This document shows positions 28,894 through 38,238 of a stretch of DNA of 64,000 nt, one piece after another. The position numbers and the translations under genes were made by a program. Numbering within the stretch: the first letter of the stretch is position 1; every line of letters starts with the position of its first letter. Location of the stretch: assembly GCA_041690295.1 (NCBI GenBank), contig JAWLHR010000006.1, forward strand, positions 83,151 through 147,150. The letters are read 5' to 3'. The notes beneath the pieces are model-generated. The model ran no database searches. It worked only from the letters and a program-made list of their open reading frames with translations, and was not told the DNA's origin. The stretch is from Bdellovibrionales bacterium (GTDB lineage Bacteria > Bdellovibrionota > Bdellovibrionia > Bdellovibrionales > UBA1609).

Positions 28894-30470
28894 AATGTAA
28901 GGGAGAGGATCCCGCCGGCTTTGGGCACGGTTTTATTGTCGCTCTTCGAAACGCCGGCGGCACTGCCTTTGGTGCTGATTTGCTCAACCGCTCCCATGAG
29001 GCCCACCCAATAACGTGTTTTAAACCGCCAGTGCCCGTAAGCGGCGAGAGTTTGTGACGTACTTGAAACTGTGAAGGGATCATAGGGCGCCTCGCCGCTC
29101 GGGCCGCTGAATTCCATGTCGCGATTGATGAATGAGAATTCGAACCGGCGGACCGGATTGGGGCGGATGTGTAAGTTCACACGCAAAATATCGGCGTTCA
29201 TGTACTCCGCGTCCGCGCTGCCGCCGAAAATATTCAGGGTCCAGAATCTCGCTTGATAACGAACGCCGATCTTACCGAATCCAAAATTTTGTTTCTTGAA
29301 CAAAGAGCCATACCGCACGCCCACCTCGGTGGAGCCGCCAAGGTGGAACTCTATCGCCCATCGTCCGTAGTCGAAGCCGGCTTCAAGCAGGGCCGAGTCA
29401 TTGGCTCGGATATCGATGTTGTCCAAATCCTTGGCGGTCCATTTGTATTTCGTTCCCACCAGGAGAAGATTGGGATCAACCATTCCGGAAAAATGAAAGT
29501 AGTCGGCCTTCATCCGATAAAAAATCTGGGTTTGCGGCTCTTCGTGAATCGACATGAAGATCGGACCCGCACCCGATTTGAATTCGCTTTGAAAACCAAA
29601 AGGCCCCGAGCTGTATTCGTTCGTTAAAAACGGTGTGAAGTTATTCGCCCGGGTTTCGCTCGCGCCGTAGCGCGACGAGGTGCTGAGCCACATTCCCAAG
29701 GTTGTTTCGTTACCGTAGACTTCCGGCACGGGATAAAACTGCTGATCACTTTCGTAATCTTTGATTTGTTCGTGCCCGATGATCAGGCGATCCAATTCCC
29801 GCTTGATTGTCACGGGATCACTCATGAGCTGCTGGGGAAAAACCTTTATGGTCTTTTTCTGCGTGTTCTCCGCCGGGCAAGTGCTGAAGGCGTAAGGGTG
29901 GACGAAATCGAAGGCGGAGCTGTCCGCGCCTTCCAAAGAGATTCGCTTTTGTTCACGCTCGAACTCGATCTTCCAAATGCTTCGGCGATCGATCAGCCGT
30001 TCGGATCCACGTAAAGTTAAAAACGCGATCTTGTCCTTGCTGAAATCAATCGGCCAACCACGGATAAGTTCAACCAGGTCTCCATCGGCGCCCAGGGTCT
30101 GAATGCGCACGAGGGGAGTGACCTCGGGATTATTCACCCGCCGGATCGGCACCACATCAACCGGGTAGGTCGCGTAAGAGATGATTTCGAACCGCTCAAT
30201 TTGAACGATATCCCCGTTGAGATTCAGCAAAAAAACCTTACGCGGGCTCACGCCCAAAATAACACCGATTTGCCGGTGGCAGGACGCCGTGTAAAGCGCA
30301 TGAAGATTGATCCCGTAAGCGTTCGGTGATGCGATGAGAAACGCCACGAGCGCTCCGGCCAGCGAGTGCCATACGCGGTTTAAGTTTTTAGAAAATGAAC
30401 TCGAACGTGCCAAAGAACACAGTCTCCCTTTGATCTTTGCGGTCACCGACGTTGTTGAAATTCCATTCAT
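28890..30470 (-). CDS. Hypothetical outer-membrane protein, paralog of the upstream gene; true start uncertain and probably nearer 30350
   Basis: Beta-strand-rich C-terminus ending LSLTF; shares motifs with 30388-31890. Confidence 0.7.
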   Translation of the reverse strand: MNGISTTSVTAKIKGRLCSLARSSSFSKNLNRVWHSLAGALVAFLIASPNAYGINLHALYTASCHRQIGVILGVSPRKVFLLNLNGDIVQIERFEIISYATYPVDVVPIRRVNNPEVTPLVRIQTLGADGDLVELIRGWPIDFSKDKIAFLTLRGSERLIDRRSIWKIEFEREQKRISLEGADSSAFDFVHPYAFSTCPAENTQKKTIKVFPQQLMSDPVTIKRELDRLIIGHEQIKDYESDQQFYPVPEVYGNETTLGMWLSTSSRYGASETRANNFTPFLTNEYSSGPFGFQSEFKSGAGPIFMSIHEEPQTQIFYRMKADYFHFSGMVDPNLLLVGTKYKWTAKDLDNIDIRANDSALLEAGFDYGRWAIEFHLGGSTEVGVRYGSLFKKQNFGFGKIGVRYQARFWTLNIFGGSADAEYMNADILRVNLHIRPNPVRRFEFSFINRDMEFSGPSGEAPYDPFTVSSTSQTLAAYGHWRFKTRYWVGLMGAVEQISTKGSAAGVSKSDNKTVPKAGGILSLTF

Positions 30471-31890
30471 ACGTATTGTTGAAAATATTGGCGTAAGCGG
30501 TCAGTGAAACATAGTTGCTGAAGTTTTGTTGGATGTAAGGCTGAATGTTCATTTTCAAAAAGCGGATGTCATTCGCTTGGCCGGCGACGGTTTCTTTATA
30601 ATTTCCCGTGACCGAGGTGAGATCGGCGCCGACTTTGATTTTCTCCGTCAGCGCGAAATCCAAACCGCCTCTGATGAAAACAGCTGAAAAGCTAAAAGTG
30701 TCCACGGTTTCCTTGGAGCCGTGCTCGCCGACTCTTCTTAAGACGTCGTCCTTGGTGGCGCGGTCGCTATCATAAGACGTGCCGGCACCGATGACCCGGA
30801 GGCGAAATCGATTCGTGGTGTACATCACCCGCACGGCGTAGCTGGGATGGCTTCCCAGCACCTCTCGATATTCTTCACCGATCTTGATTCCGAAGTTCGG
30901 ATAGTAAAAGCCGAAAGAAAGGGAATACGGACCGTAGTCGCCGCCCATCAACGCCATGTAATTGAACGTGGCGACAACCTGACTGGGGCCGCTCATCTCC
31001 ATGGCGCCATCGAGCAGGAAGTTTTGGCCCGCGGGAACGCCTGCCACATTGCCGACGAACATTCCGTGGAAGAAATGGGATTTTACATCGGAGCGAAGCG
31101 CGAATAGCGGTTCGGTGTGGGGAGTGAATTCTTGAACTTTGCTTCCCACCACGGATTGACTCTGAAACCGGTAAGGCTCGCCGGTGGACCACTGAAAATA
31201 AAGGGGAAAATTGATCGCCGGTTCTTGCCGTTCGCCGATAAAGACAATTCCTAGGCGTGTTTCGGGTTCGAACAGATAGGGCTTGGCATACAGATAGGTG
31301 CGCTCTTGAAAGCCGTCCAGGGACTCATACCCGTTGACCAACGATTGATAAAACTCGCTGATGGCGATTTGATCGGCCAATACGCGAGTGGCTTTGACCG
31401 TGCCTTTGGAAGCGGGACAGCGATCCGACGATTCGGCGAATTCGAAAGTCGTAGGTTGGCTGAAGGCGGGTTTATGAGTTCTTCGGGCTTTGGGCGGTGC
31501 GGGTCTAATTTTATGTATGTCGGCATAGGTGTGAACGTGGCTTTTGCCATCGACCGAATAAAATATGATCAGATCATCAATAAACCGGACCGGCCACGCC
31601 AGCGTGCGGGGAGTGTCCATGTCATCCGTGTAAAGGGCACGAAGCCGGCGATGGAGATGTTGATCAACTTGGATTTCTGGAATTGGGTTATTGATGACAT
31701 TAAATATATAGACGGTCTGAATTGAGTTCAGTTTGATGGTTTCATATCGCCCATGGATATCCAAAAGTTCGATTTGTCCATTGGCGGCATAGATCGCCAT
31801 TCCAACTTTCTTTTCGCAGTTGGAAGTGACGAATCCCTGTAGCTCCAGACCGTGGGCCATGGAGATCAGCAACGCGTATAGAAAAAGCAT
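30388..31890 (-). CDS. Hypothetical outer-membrane beta-barrel protein
   Basis: Signal peptide; C-terminal FEFIF. Confidence 0.75.
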   Translation of the reverse strand: MLFLYALLISMAHGLELQGFVTSNCEKKVGMAIYAANGQIELLDIHGRYETIKLNSIQTVYIFNVINNPIPEIQVDQHLHRRLRALYTDDMDTPRTLAWPVRFIDDLIIFYSVDGKSHVHTYADIHKIRPAPPKARRTHKPAFSQPTTFEFAESSDRCPASKGTVKATRVLADQIAISEFYQSLVNGYESLDGFQERTYLYAKPYLFEPETRLGIVFIGERQEPAINFPLYFQWSTGEPYRFQSQSVVGSKVQEFTPHTEPLFALRSDVKSHFFHGMFVGNVAGVPAGQNFLLDGAMEMSGPSQVVATFNYMALMGGDYGPYSLSFGFYYPNFGIKIGEEYREVLGSHPSYAVRVMYTTNRFRLRVIGAGTSYDSDRATKDDVLRRVGEHGSKETVDTFSFSAVFIRGGLDFALTEKIKVGADLTSVTGNYKETVAGQANDIRFLKMNIQPYIQQNFSNYVSLTAYANIFNNTYEWNFNNVGDRKDQRETVFFGTFEFIF

Positions 31891-31944
31891 CAGCGGATGC
31901 TAATCAGGTAACTTGCAAGCCGTCAAGCTTGCGCGGCGCGGTTG

Positions 31945-32790
31945 TTAGAGGCGGGGAACCTTTGTGACCGGCTCTTCTTTAGGCTCACAGGCGATTTTCA
32001 GGGACTTGGCCGATGGAATCTCCATGGCGCTGATCATACAGGAGTTGACAAGAACTCGTTCCGACTTGGCCACCATTTCCTCAAGGCCGCGAGTATGAGA
32101 CCAAATGACCTCGCCGCGATCCACATTGAACAGCATGCGACCCCAAATGCGGCTTTGAAACCGGCCGGCGCCGGGAACAGGAGGTATCGCCAATCGGACT
32201 CCGCCGGAAATCTCAAGATCGGCGCAGCGCTGGTTGGATTCGCAGCTCACAATGTCCTTAAGAATGGCGGCGATCGAAATTTTCAGCGGAATTCCTTCCC
32301 GGGCGGAGGTCCATGTGTGTTCAAGGGTCCATGTATCGCCGACCGAGACTTTTTCGTTGGGGATGGGAACGGCGGGAACAAAGAAGATGCTGTTGGACGG
32401 ATAGGCCCCCGCCCTGAGGACTTCACCGTTGGTTTTGATCACGAACTCGATGGAGTCATTGAGTTCCGGAAAGGCCATATCGGTCAACTGCACGGTGCCG
32501 TCTTTCTTGATGGTTTTAGCGATGAACTTGATGGTGTTTTCTTTGTTATCGATTTCGGTCACTGAATTGCGCACGGTGAAGTCGACGGACTCGGTGCGAT
32601 CCTTGGCGAGCTGGCCGTCACTGAAAGTCTTTATTCTTGAGGTGCTGGAGTACATGGTGTGGGTGACCTGGCCTTTTTCACCTTTGAATTTGATTTCGAT
32701 AGGGCGGCCCGCCGATTTGTTAAACGTGGAGCAATTGGTGGTGGCGATTATGATGGCGGCGATCGCAAACAGGATGGTTGATTTTCGCAT
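31945..32790 (-). CDS. Hypothetical lipoprotein
   Basis: MRKSTILFAIAAIIIATTNC lipobox; 'VSVGDTW' beta-rich body. Confidence 0.75.
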   Translation of the reverse strand: MRKSTILFAIAAIIIATTNCSTFNKSAGRPIEIKFKGEKGQVTHTMYSSTSRIKTFSDGQLAKDRTESVDFTVRNSVTEIDNKENTIKFIAKTIKKDGTVQLTDMAFPELNDSIEFVIKTNGEVLRAGAYPSNSIFFVPAVPIPNEKVSVGDTWTLEHTWTSAREGIPLKISIAAILKDIVSCESNQRCADLEISGGVRLAIPPVPGAGRFQSRIWGRMLFNVDRGEVIWSHTRGLEEMVAKSERVLVNSCMISAMEIPSAKSLKIACEPKEEPVTKVPRL

Positions 32791-32872
32791 GAGCATTTTA
32801 TGACTGTACCGTCGGTGGGGGAGAAGTACAACTCTTTGCACGAAATCGCGGATTTTGGAATAATCGAAACAA

Positions 32873-34663
32873 ATGCGTTTGTGGCCAGTCCTTCTCTTAA
32901 TCTTATTCAACTGTCATACATGGTTCGGCCCGGACATTTGGTATCACCTCACATGGGGCCGCCACGTTGTGGACAATGGTGACTTTACGTCCAAGCCGGC
33001 CGTTTTGATTGAACAGCCGGTGATCGGCAATCCCTATTGGTTCTTTCAAACCGTCGTTTACGGTCTTTATGAGCTTGGCGGCGCTTATGTGGTGGGCTTG
33101 TTTTTTGCCCTTCTTTGGGTGGCGATTTTGCTGCTTTGGCAGAGGGCATTTCGTTCGGGATTCGCCGCCGCTGTATTTTCTCTTCTTTTTGTCATATGCG
33201 CGCAATTGCGTTTGGAGTATCGGCCTGAAGTTTTCTCCTATTTGTTTTTGGCGATAATGATTTGGGTTTTTCTGCGAGGAATCTTGAATCGTTGGCTGAT
33301 TTTGGGGTTGATGGTCCTTCAGGTTCTTTGGACCAACTCCCACGGCTATTTCTTTTTCGGTCCGGTGGTCGCCGGAGCTTTTTTGGCTTCTCGGTTGATG
33401 GCTTTGAGGTCGTTGTCGTTGCGGGAGTTAAAATGGCCGGCGCTCGCTTTTGCCGGGGTGTGCGCCGCCACGTTCGTAACACCTTCCGGGGTTTTAGCTT
33501 GGAAACTGGTCTTCGCGTACGCCGGATTGGCTCGGGAGCTTTCGAATTTCATCGAAGAACTTCAACCTTTAACCCACTATGCCTGGTGGATCTGGCCGTT
33601 GCCGGTTTACTGGATCTTGTGGTTGATCGTGGCCGTATTCGCGGGAGTGTTTCTGTATCGGCGGAGAGAGATCTTTAGTGTTCTCCTGGCCGTCGTTGGT
33701 TTGATTGTTGGAGTGATCGCCTTTCGGAATGTTCCGCTGTTTCTTTTGTTATCCGGCCCGCTCTTGGGGAAAGTTGTGGAGACGATGTGGGTTGAGAACG
33801 GCATGGGCTGGGTTTTGGGTGCGGGAATGGCGCGTGTGAGGGATGTCCTTCGCGCGAGTGCGGGTAAACCCATGGCCTTACGAATGGCGAAGGCCGTGTT
33901 TATCTTAATTTCGGTTGTTTTGGGTGTCTCTGTCGTCACCGGACGGTATCACAAGTTCACGTTGAGTGATACGACCTTCGGTTTGGGTTTGGAGTGGGCC
34001 GAGTATCCGATCGGCGCCGTAGAATTCTTGAAGAGCATTTCGTTCTCGGGACCGGTGTTTAATGAAACCGGCGACGGTGGCTACATTCAATTCCATCTGC
34101 GTGAGGCTGAGGTTTTTTGCGATTCGTACTTTGTCGACACGGTGACGACGCTGGGTTTGTTGCAATCGCGGAATGATCCCTCGATGTTCGAGGGCCTCGA
34201 TACAAGATTTAAGTTCAATGCCGTCATTTTGGGAGTGGAGAACCGCACGCTGGTCCAATATTTGTTAAACCAAAGCGCCTGGGTGGTGGGCTATGCGGAT
34301 TCCCATCGGATCGTGTTCTTGCGAAAAGCCCTTTATCCCGGGGCTACGTCTCGATTGGTTGAAGGCACCTACTATCGCGGCGAGGACTTGCGCCGCTACT
34401 CCTATTCGGAACCGCCGGTGATATGGACGGACATTGCTCGTCAGTTAGGTGATCGGGGTTTACTCTTGAAGTTGATCGAAGATTTCCACTCCGCTCGCGA
34501 AGTCCCCTCGGAGTTCGTGGTCAACATTCTCGCCTTCGCTTTCTCCGTCGACACTCAAGATCCCCAGATCGCTCAACTCGCCATTCCGTTCTCGGACCGC
34601 TTTTTCCTCTCCCGTCCCGGCGACGACCGCCTCATCTCGGAGCTGATCTCGCGGATTCGGTAG
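32873..34663 (+). CDS. Multi-pass membrane protein, probable GT-C fold glycosyltransferase
   Basis: 'DIWYHL..GR' first loop, 'RPEVFS', 'LWTNSHG', 'IEELQP', 'GGY'; about 11 TM segments plus a periplasmic tail. Confidence 0.65.
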   Translation: MRLWPVLLLILFNCHTWFGPDIWYHLTWGRHVVDNGDFTSKPAVLIEQPVIGNPYWFFQTVVYGLYELGGAYVVGLFFALLWVAILLLWQRAFRSGFAAAVFSLLFVICAQLRLEYRPEVFSYLFLAIMIWVFLRGILNRWLILGLMVLQVLWTNSHGYFFFGPVVAGAFLASRLMALRSLSLRELKWPALAFAGVCAATFVTPSGVLAWKLVFAYAGLARELSNFIEELQPLTHYAWWIWPLPVYWILWLIVAVFAGVFLYRRREIFSVLLAVVGLIVGVIAFRNVPLFLLLSGPLLGKVVETMWVENGMGWVLGAGMARVRDVLRASAGKPMALRMAKAVFILISVVLGVSVVTGRYHKFTLSDTTFGLGLEWAEYPIGAVEFLKSISFSGPVFNETGDGGYIQFHLREAEVFCDSYFVDTVTTLGLLQSRNDPSMFEGLDTRFKFNAVILGVENRTLVQYLLNQSAWVVGYADSHRIVFLRKALYPGATSRLVEGTYYRGEDLRRYSYSEPPVIWTDIARQLGDRGLLLKLIEDFHSAREVPSEFVVNILAFAFSVDTQDPQIAQLAIPFSDRFFLSRPGDDRLISELISRIR

Positions 34664-34750
34664 GGCGTGTCGGCCGGCTCGGTGGGAGTCCGGACCGTGA
34701 CGTGAGCGGCTTGTGCATAGCGAGTGTCCGATTTGGCTGACTACGCTCGC

Positions 34751-35509
34751 TTACTTGTCTTGCTCAAAACTTAAAGGCTGACCCGAGCTAAAAAATTTTT
34801 TCTCCCGAATCTTCGGCAGGTAGGAGTGAAACTTTGCCTGATCCGAATCTTTGGCGAAAAAAATCATCGCATTGTACGAGGTCTGTGCTGATTTTTTAAC
34901 GATGAGATTCGTCGCGAACTTTTTGTCGGGTCCGCGGCTCGGTGTCTGTCCTTGGCGTGGACCCGTGAGGACGATGGCCTGCGCTTTTGGATAATGCAGG
35001 ACTTTCTGGATTTCAAAAGGAGCGCTGACTGACTTGGCCGTGGCCAGTTTCAATTTTTTATCGGCGTCTTGGGCGTTCTTAATATCATTGCAACTCGTAA
35101 ACGTCTTGCCGAACGTGAACAAGTTAAAGTCGTAATCGGAGTGAATGGACGTCGATCCAATGCGATGACCAATGTCGGTCAACTCCTGTTTGAGAACGTC
35201 GGGACCAATAAGAGCCGTGAATAGAGGGGAGTTAATGACGATGGTTCCATCCGCCTGTCGTTCCAACTTGGTCGGCATTTCGGGAACAGGAAAAACGATT
35301 TCGCCCAAATCCAAATAGTACCAGCTTTTCGCAAAAGATTTCGCGGCGCCCGACGGAGTGGAAAAGGTCGCATCCACCAGCCGTTTGGCTTCCGCGCCCC
35401 GTGATCGCAGCTGATCAATCCCTTTTTTAAAGGTCTGACAGAAATCGTTAGCTGAAAGTGCCGAACCTGAATAAAAACCCATCAAGAGTAAGACAATAAA
35501 AAGTCGCAT
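34751..35509 (-). CDS. Hypothetical secreted protein
   Basis: AGGA RBS; signal peptide MRLFIVLLLMGFYSGSALSA. Confidence 0.7.
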   Translation of the reverse strand: MRLFIVLLLMGFYSGSALSANDFCQTFKKGIDQLRSRGAEAKRLVDATFSTPSGAAKSFAKSWYYLDLGEIVFPVPEMPTKLERQADGTIVINSPLFTALIGPDVLKQELTDIGHRIGSTSIHSDYDFNLFTFGKTFTSCNDIKNAQDADKKLKLATAKSVSAPFEIQKVLHYPKAQAIVLTGPRQGQTPSRGPDKKFATNLIVKKSAQTSYNAMIFFAKDSDQAKFHSYLPKIREKKFFSSGQPLSFEQDK

Positions 35510-35696
35510 ATTATGTCCTGTTGATTTTTCGCTCCGGACTTCCAGATTGCGGAGTTGTTTGGTTCTTGGCAAGTGATTCAGATCTGAGGTCTCATCACCT
35601 TAACGGTTGTTAGCCTAAATGATCTTCGCACCTGGCCCTCGTCCGATGGTCGCGGAACCTTACCTTTCAAGCGTGCCGCTTAAAGAAGCACAATTC

Positions 35697-35943
35697 GCAA
35701 TTTTGGTATGCGCAATTTAGAAAAGCGGACGCAACTTACAAAAGCGTAACTTTCATATGTGGCAATTTAGAAAAGCGCAGCGCAGCTTACAACAGGGCAA
35801 TTTTGATATGTGCGATTTAGAAAAGCACAGCGCAACTTGCAAACGTGCAACTTACATATGCGAAATTTAGAAAAGCACACGGCACCTACAAAGAGGCAAC
35901 TTACACCGAAGTTTAGAAAATCCAGTGCAACTTACAAAAGCGC
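35697..35943. repeat. Degenerate tandem repeat, about 5 units with 50-bp period
   Basis: Units carrying TTTAGAAAA start at 35712, 35762, 35812, 35862 and 35908; internal GCAAYTT sub-repeats. Confidence 0.9.
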
Positions 35944-36456
35944 AACCACCTCAAACTGTTTTCCTAGCGTCACCCTCAACCGCGTGGCCCAAGTGTCAGC
36001 TAATGAATGGCCATCGTTTAAGAATTCACCCTCTACACGGTTTGATCTTACGTACCTTTGAACCTGTTTGTAGTCGCGTTTCCAGTTTACGATCCGTGTG
36101 AAGGGGCGATGTCGCCATTTCAATCCTGAAATCGCCCTCGCGAGCAAGCCCGTCACCGATCGAATCCATCGCCGGTAAAGTGTCCGGTTGCCGAATTGAA
36201 CGAGTAGGTGAACGTGATCGGCATGAACGCCCGATTCGAACATTCGCACGCCAAATTTGGAATTCAGCCGATTTATCGTCTTCAGAACCAGATTCTTGTT
36301 TCGCAACAAACGCCAGGAATTCGTGGCCTTTAACACCAAATGTGTCGGCCGTTTGAAGTCCAGCGGCCGAGCTGTTTTCCGTCGGCCTCTTGCCAAGCTG
36401 CCACCAAACGCAATGGGCTGCGGATCAAAAAAGTTCAGCTGTTTCGCTCTGGCCAT
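35932..36456 (-). mobile_element. HUH/Y1 tyrosine transposase (IS200/IS605 superfamily, RAYT-like)
   Basis: 'THLVLK', HUH motif 'ADHVHLL', 'W..RPFTRIV', catalytic 'RYVRSN'; GAGGGG RBS; no tnpB. Confidence 0.85.
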
Positions 36457-36730
36457 GATGCCCCCTCTTCTTTCCAACCCTGATCACGATCCGAACCAGT
36501 ATCGCAGGAAACGTAATCGTTAGTGAGTGAAGGTAACATAATTGTTCGTTTTCATGTTGGCAATTCGCGAGCACTGCATAAACAGAAAATGTTTTGAGGA
36601 AAATTTTGGTGAGGTGATTGCCGATGAGGACGATTTCGCAAAAGATGATCGGCACGATTTTGAGATCGAATGAAATCGCAATGTGTGGGGCGAAGTCACA
36701 ACTTCGATTGGAGCTTCACCTTTACGCCGT

Positions 36731-36871
36731 GAGATTGAGACGGTTAAGGCGCCGGACAGATCGGGCGAAGTCGTAGGTTTCAAGGCATCTCTGAAGTTAT
36801 GGATTATGGAGGATAACACTCCGATGAAGGTCTTAACATTAACGGCGGGAGATTGAGACGGTTAAGGCGCC
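36731..36871. repeat. Pair of identical 23-bp direct repeats
   Basis: GAGATTGAGACGGTTAAGGCGCC at 36731-36753 and 36849-36871. Confidence 0.9.
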
Positions 36872-36954
36872 TGCGCTGCGGTTCGGATGGGGTTTCGAGA
36901 TTTCCGGTTCTAGTTTTTGAGTTGGTCGGGACAGAGCCAGCGAACAAAACAAAC

Positions 36955-37779
36955 CTAGTGCGACGATTCTTGAATAACTTCTTCGGCTTGGAGGTTTTCG
37001 CCGTGGCGGTAGCGGTCGACGAGGGATTTGTCGCGGGTGGGGAAGGAGAAGAGCAGGGCGTGGCTGTTCGAGGGAGCGTCTTCGATGGTGACCACGATGT
37101 AGTAAAAATCCGAATCCTCGTTGAATTCCTTGATAAAGCTCACCAACACGTTGCCGGTGGTGTCGCCGGAGCGCCAGATTTCGTCGGCGTCTTCCAAAGT
37201 TTCTTCGCGGCAATCGGCGTAAGATTGGAATTCGTCCTCGGGGATGTCCTTGTCGCTGCGAAGGAGCAGCATCGCTTTATACAATCCGAGCGCCAGATCG
37301 TCGCCTTCGTGCAGGGCGTCCCCGTCGATCGCGCCCATCGGGACGTCCGCGGATGACCGCTGAAAGACGATCTGCCCCCGGCGGTAATGATCAACCAGAC
37401 TTTGGTCCGTCGTGGGAAAATGCAGGTAAACAAAGCTCGGCGTGCTCTCGGTCAAATAGCAGGCCGCCACGTGGAAGACATCCTTATCGAAGCGACGGAT
37501 GTAAATGAACATCCGTTTGTCGCCCAAAGTGTCCGTGTCTTCCCAAACCTCATCCGGATCGTCCAGCAGGCGTTCGAGCTGCCTATCATACTTCTTGAAT
37601 TCGTATTCCTGAATGTCCGTACGCTTGCGTAAGGAAAAGAACTCCTTCTCCAGAACCTGGATCTCTTTCTCGAAGTGGGAATAGAGCTCCTGCTCGGAGT
37701 CAAAAACGAGCCCGTGCTCTTCGTCGATGATGATGGGATCTTTTTTACGCGAAGACCGCGACATACTCATAGTATACAC
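36955..37779 (-). CDS. Acidic protein with two tandem homologous domains (possible PBECR/RelE-like fold)
   Basis: Duplicated 'L.D.DE.W...T.G......I..F...FPT.D.SLVD.YR.G'. Confidence 0.75.
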   Translation of the reverse strand: MYTMSMSRSSRKKDPIIIDEEHGLVFDSEQELYSHFEKEIQVLEKEFFSLRKRTDIQEYEFKKYDRQLERLLDDPDEVWEDTDTLGDKRMFIYIRRFDKDVFHVAACYLTESTPSFVYLHFPTTDQSLVDHYRRGQIVFQRSSADVPMGAIDGDALHEGDDLALGLYKAMLLLRSDKDIPEDEFQSYADCREETLEDADEIWRSGDTTGNVLVSFIKEFNEDSDFYYIVVTIEDAPSNSHALLFSFPTRDKSLVDRYRHGENLQAEEVIQESSH

Positions 37780-37911
37780 GATTCAAGCTGTTTCATATTG
37801 AAACAGACGAACGTCGAGCCTCCTATTCAATAGGATATAGACCGTGGTCCGGTTAGTCAAATTTTGCGGAAAATCCCTTGCTCATACGCGCAGTTATCTC
37901 AAACTGATGTT

Positions 37912-38235
37912 GTGAACGATCTCAAAATAAGCGACTCGCACCTGGATCAAATTGAACACCTCCTAGCGCAAAGTATGAACGGCATTCACCTGCTGTTCGA
38001 TAATGAGACAATCGCCCAAGTTCTCAGTACGCCGACCGAACATCTCGATTTCTTCCACATGAAAAACCTGGATCGCATCCAGGAACTCTTCACCGAACTG
38101 CTTCGGCGCGAGACTCTGGCGGAAAAGCAGATTTATTTATCTACGCTTGATCGTGAATCCTTCGAGACTTTGCTGAGAACCTATTTTCATATCGTGGATA
38201 ATTCGCTTTACTCGGCGGATGACAACCGCCACTGA
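37912..38235 (+). CDS. Hypothetical protein
   Basis: Coherent helical ORF; probable GTG start at 37912. Confidence 0.7.
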   Translation: MNDLKISDSHLDQIEHLLAQSMNGIHLLFDNETIAQVLSTPTEHLDFFHMKNLDRIQELFTELLRRETLAEKQIYLSTLDRESFETLLRTYFHIVDNSLYSADDNRH

Positions 38236-38238
38236 ATA

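Noticed and set aside
35697..35943. CRISPR array
   Set aside because: No unique 25-45-nt spacers, variation is only short patches, and there are no cas genes in the window.
35810..36061. Pentapeptide-repeat ORF (RNLQT-CNLHM-RNLEK)
   Set aside because: The 50-bp period breaks the frame, the neighbouring units contain stops, and the ORF is antisense to the transposase.
36520..36819. 99-aa minus-strand ORF upstream of the transposase
   Set aside because: No recognisable motifs or RBS; it spans the direct repeat and is probably non-coding.
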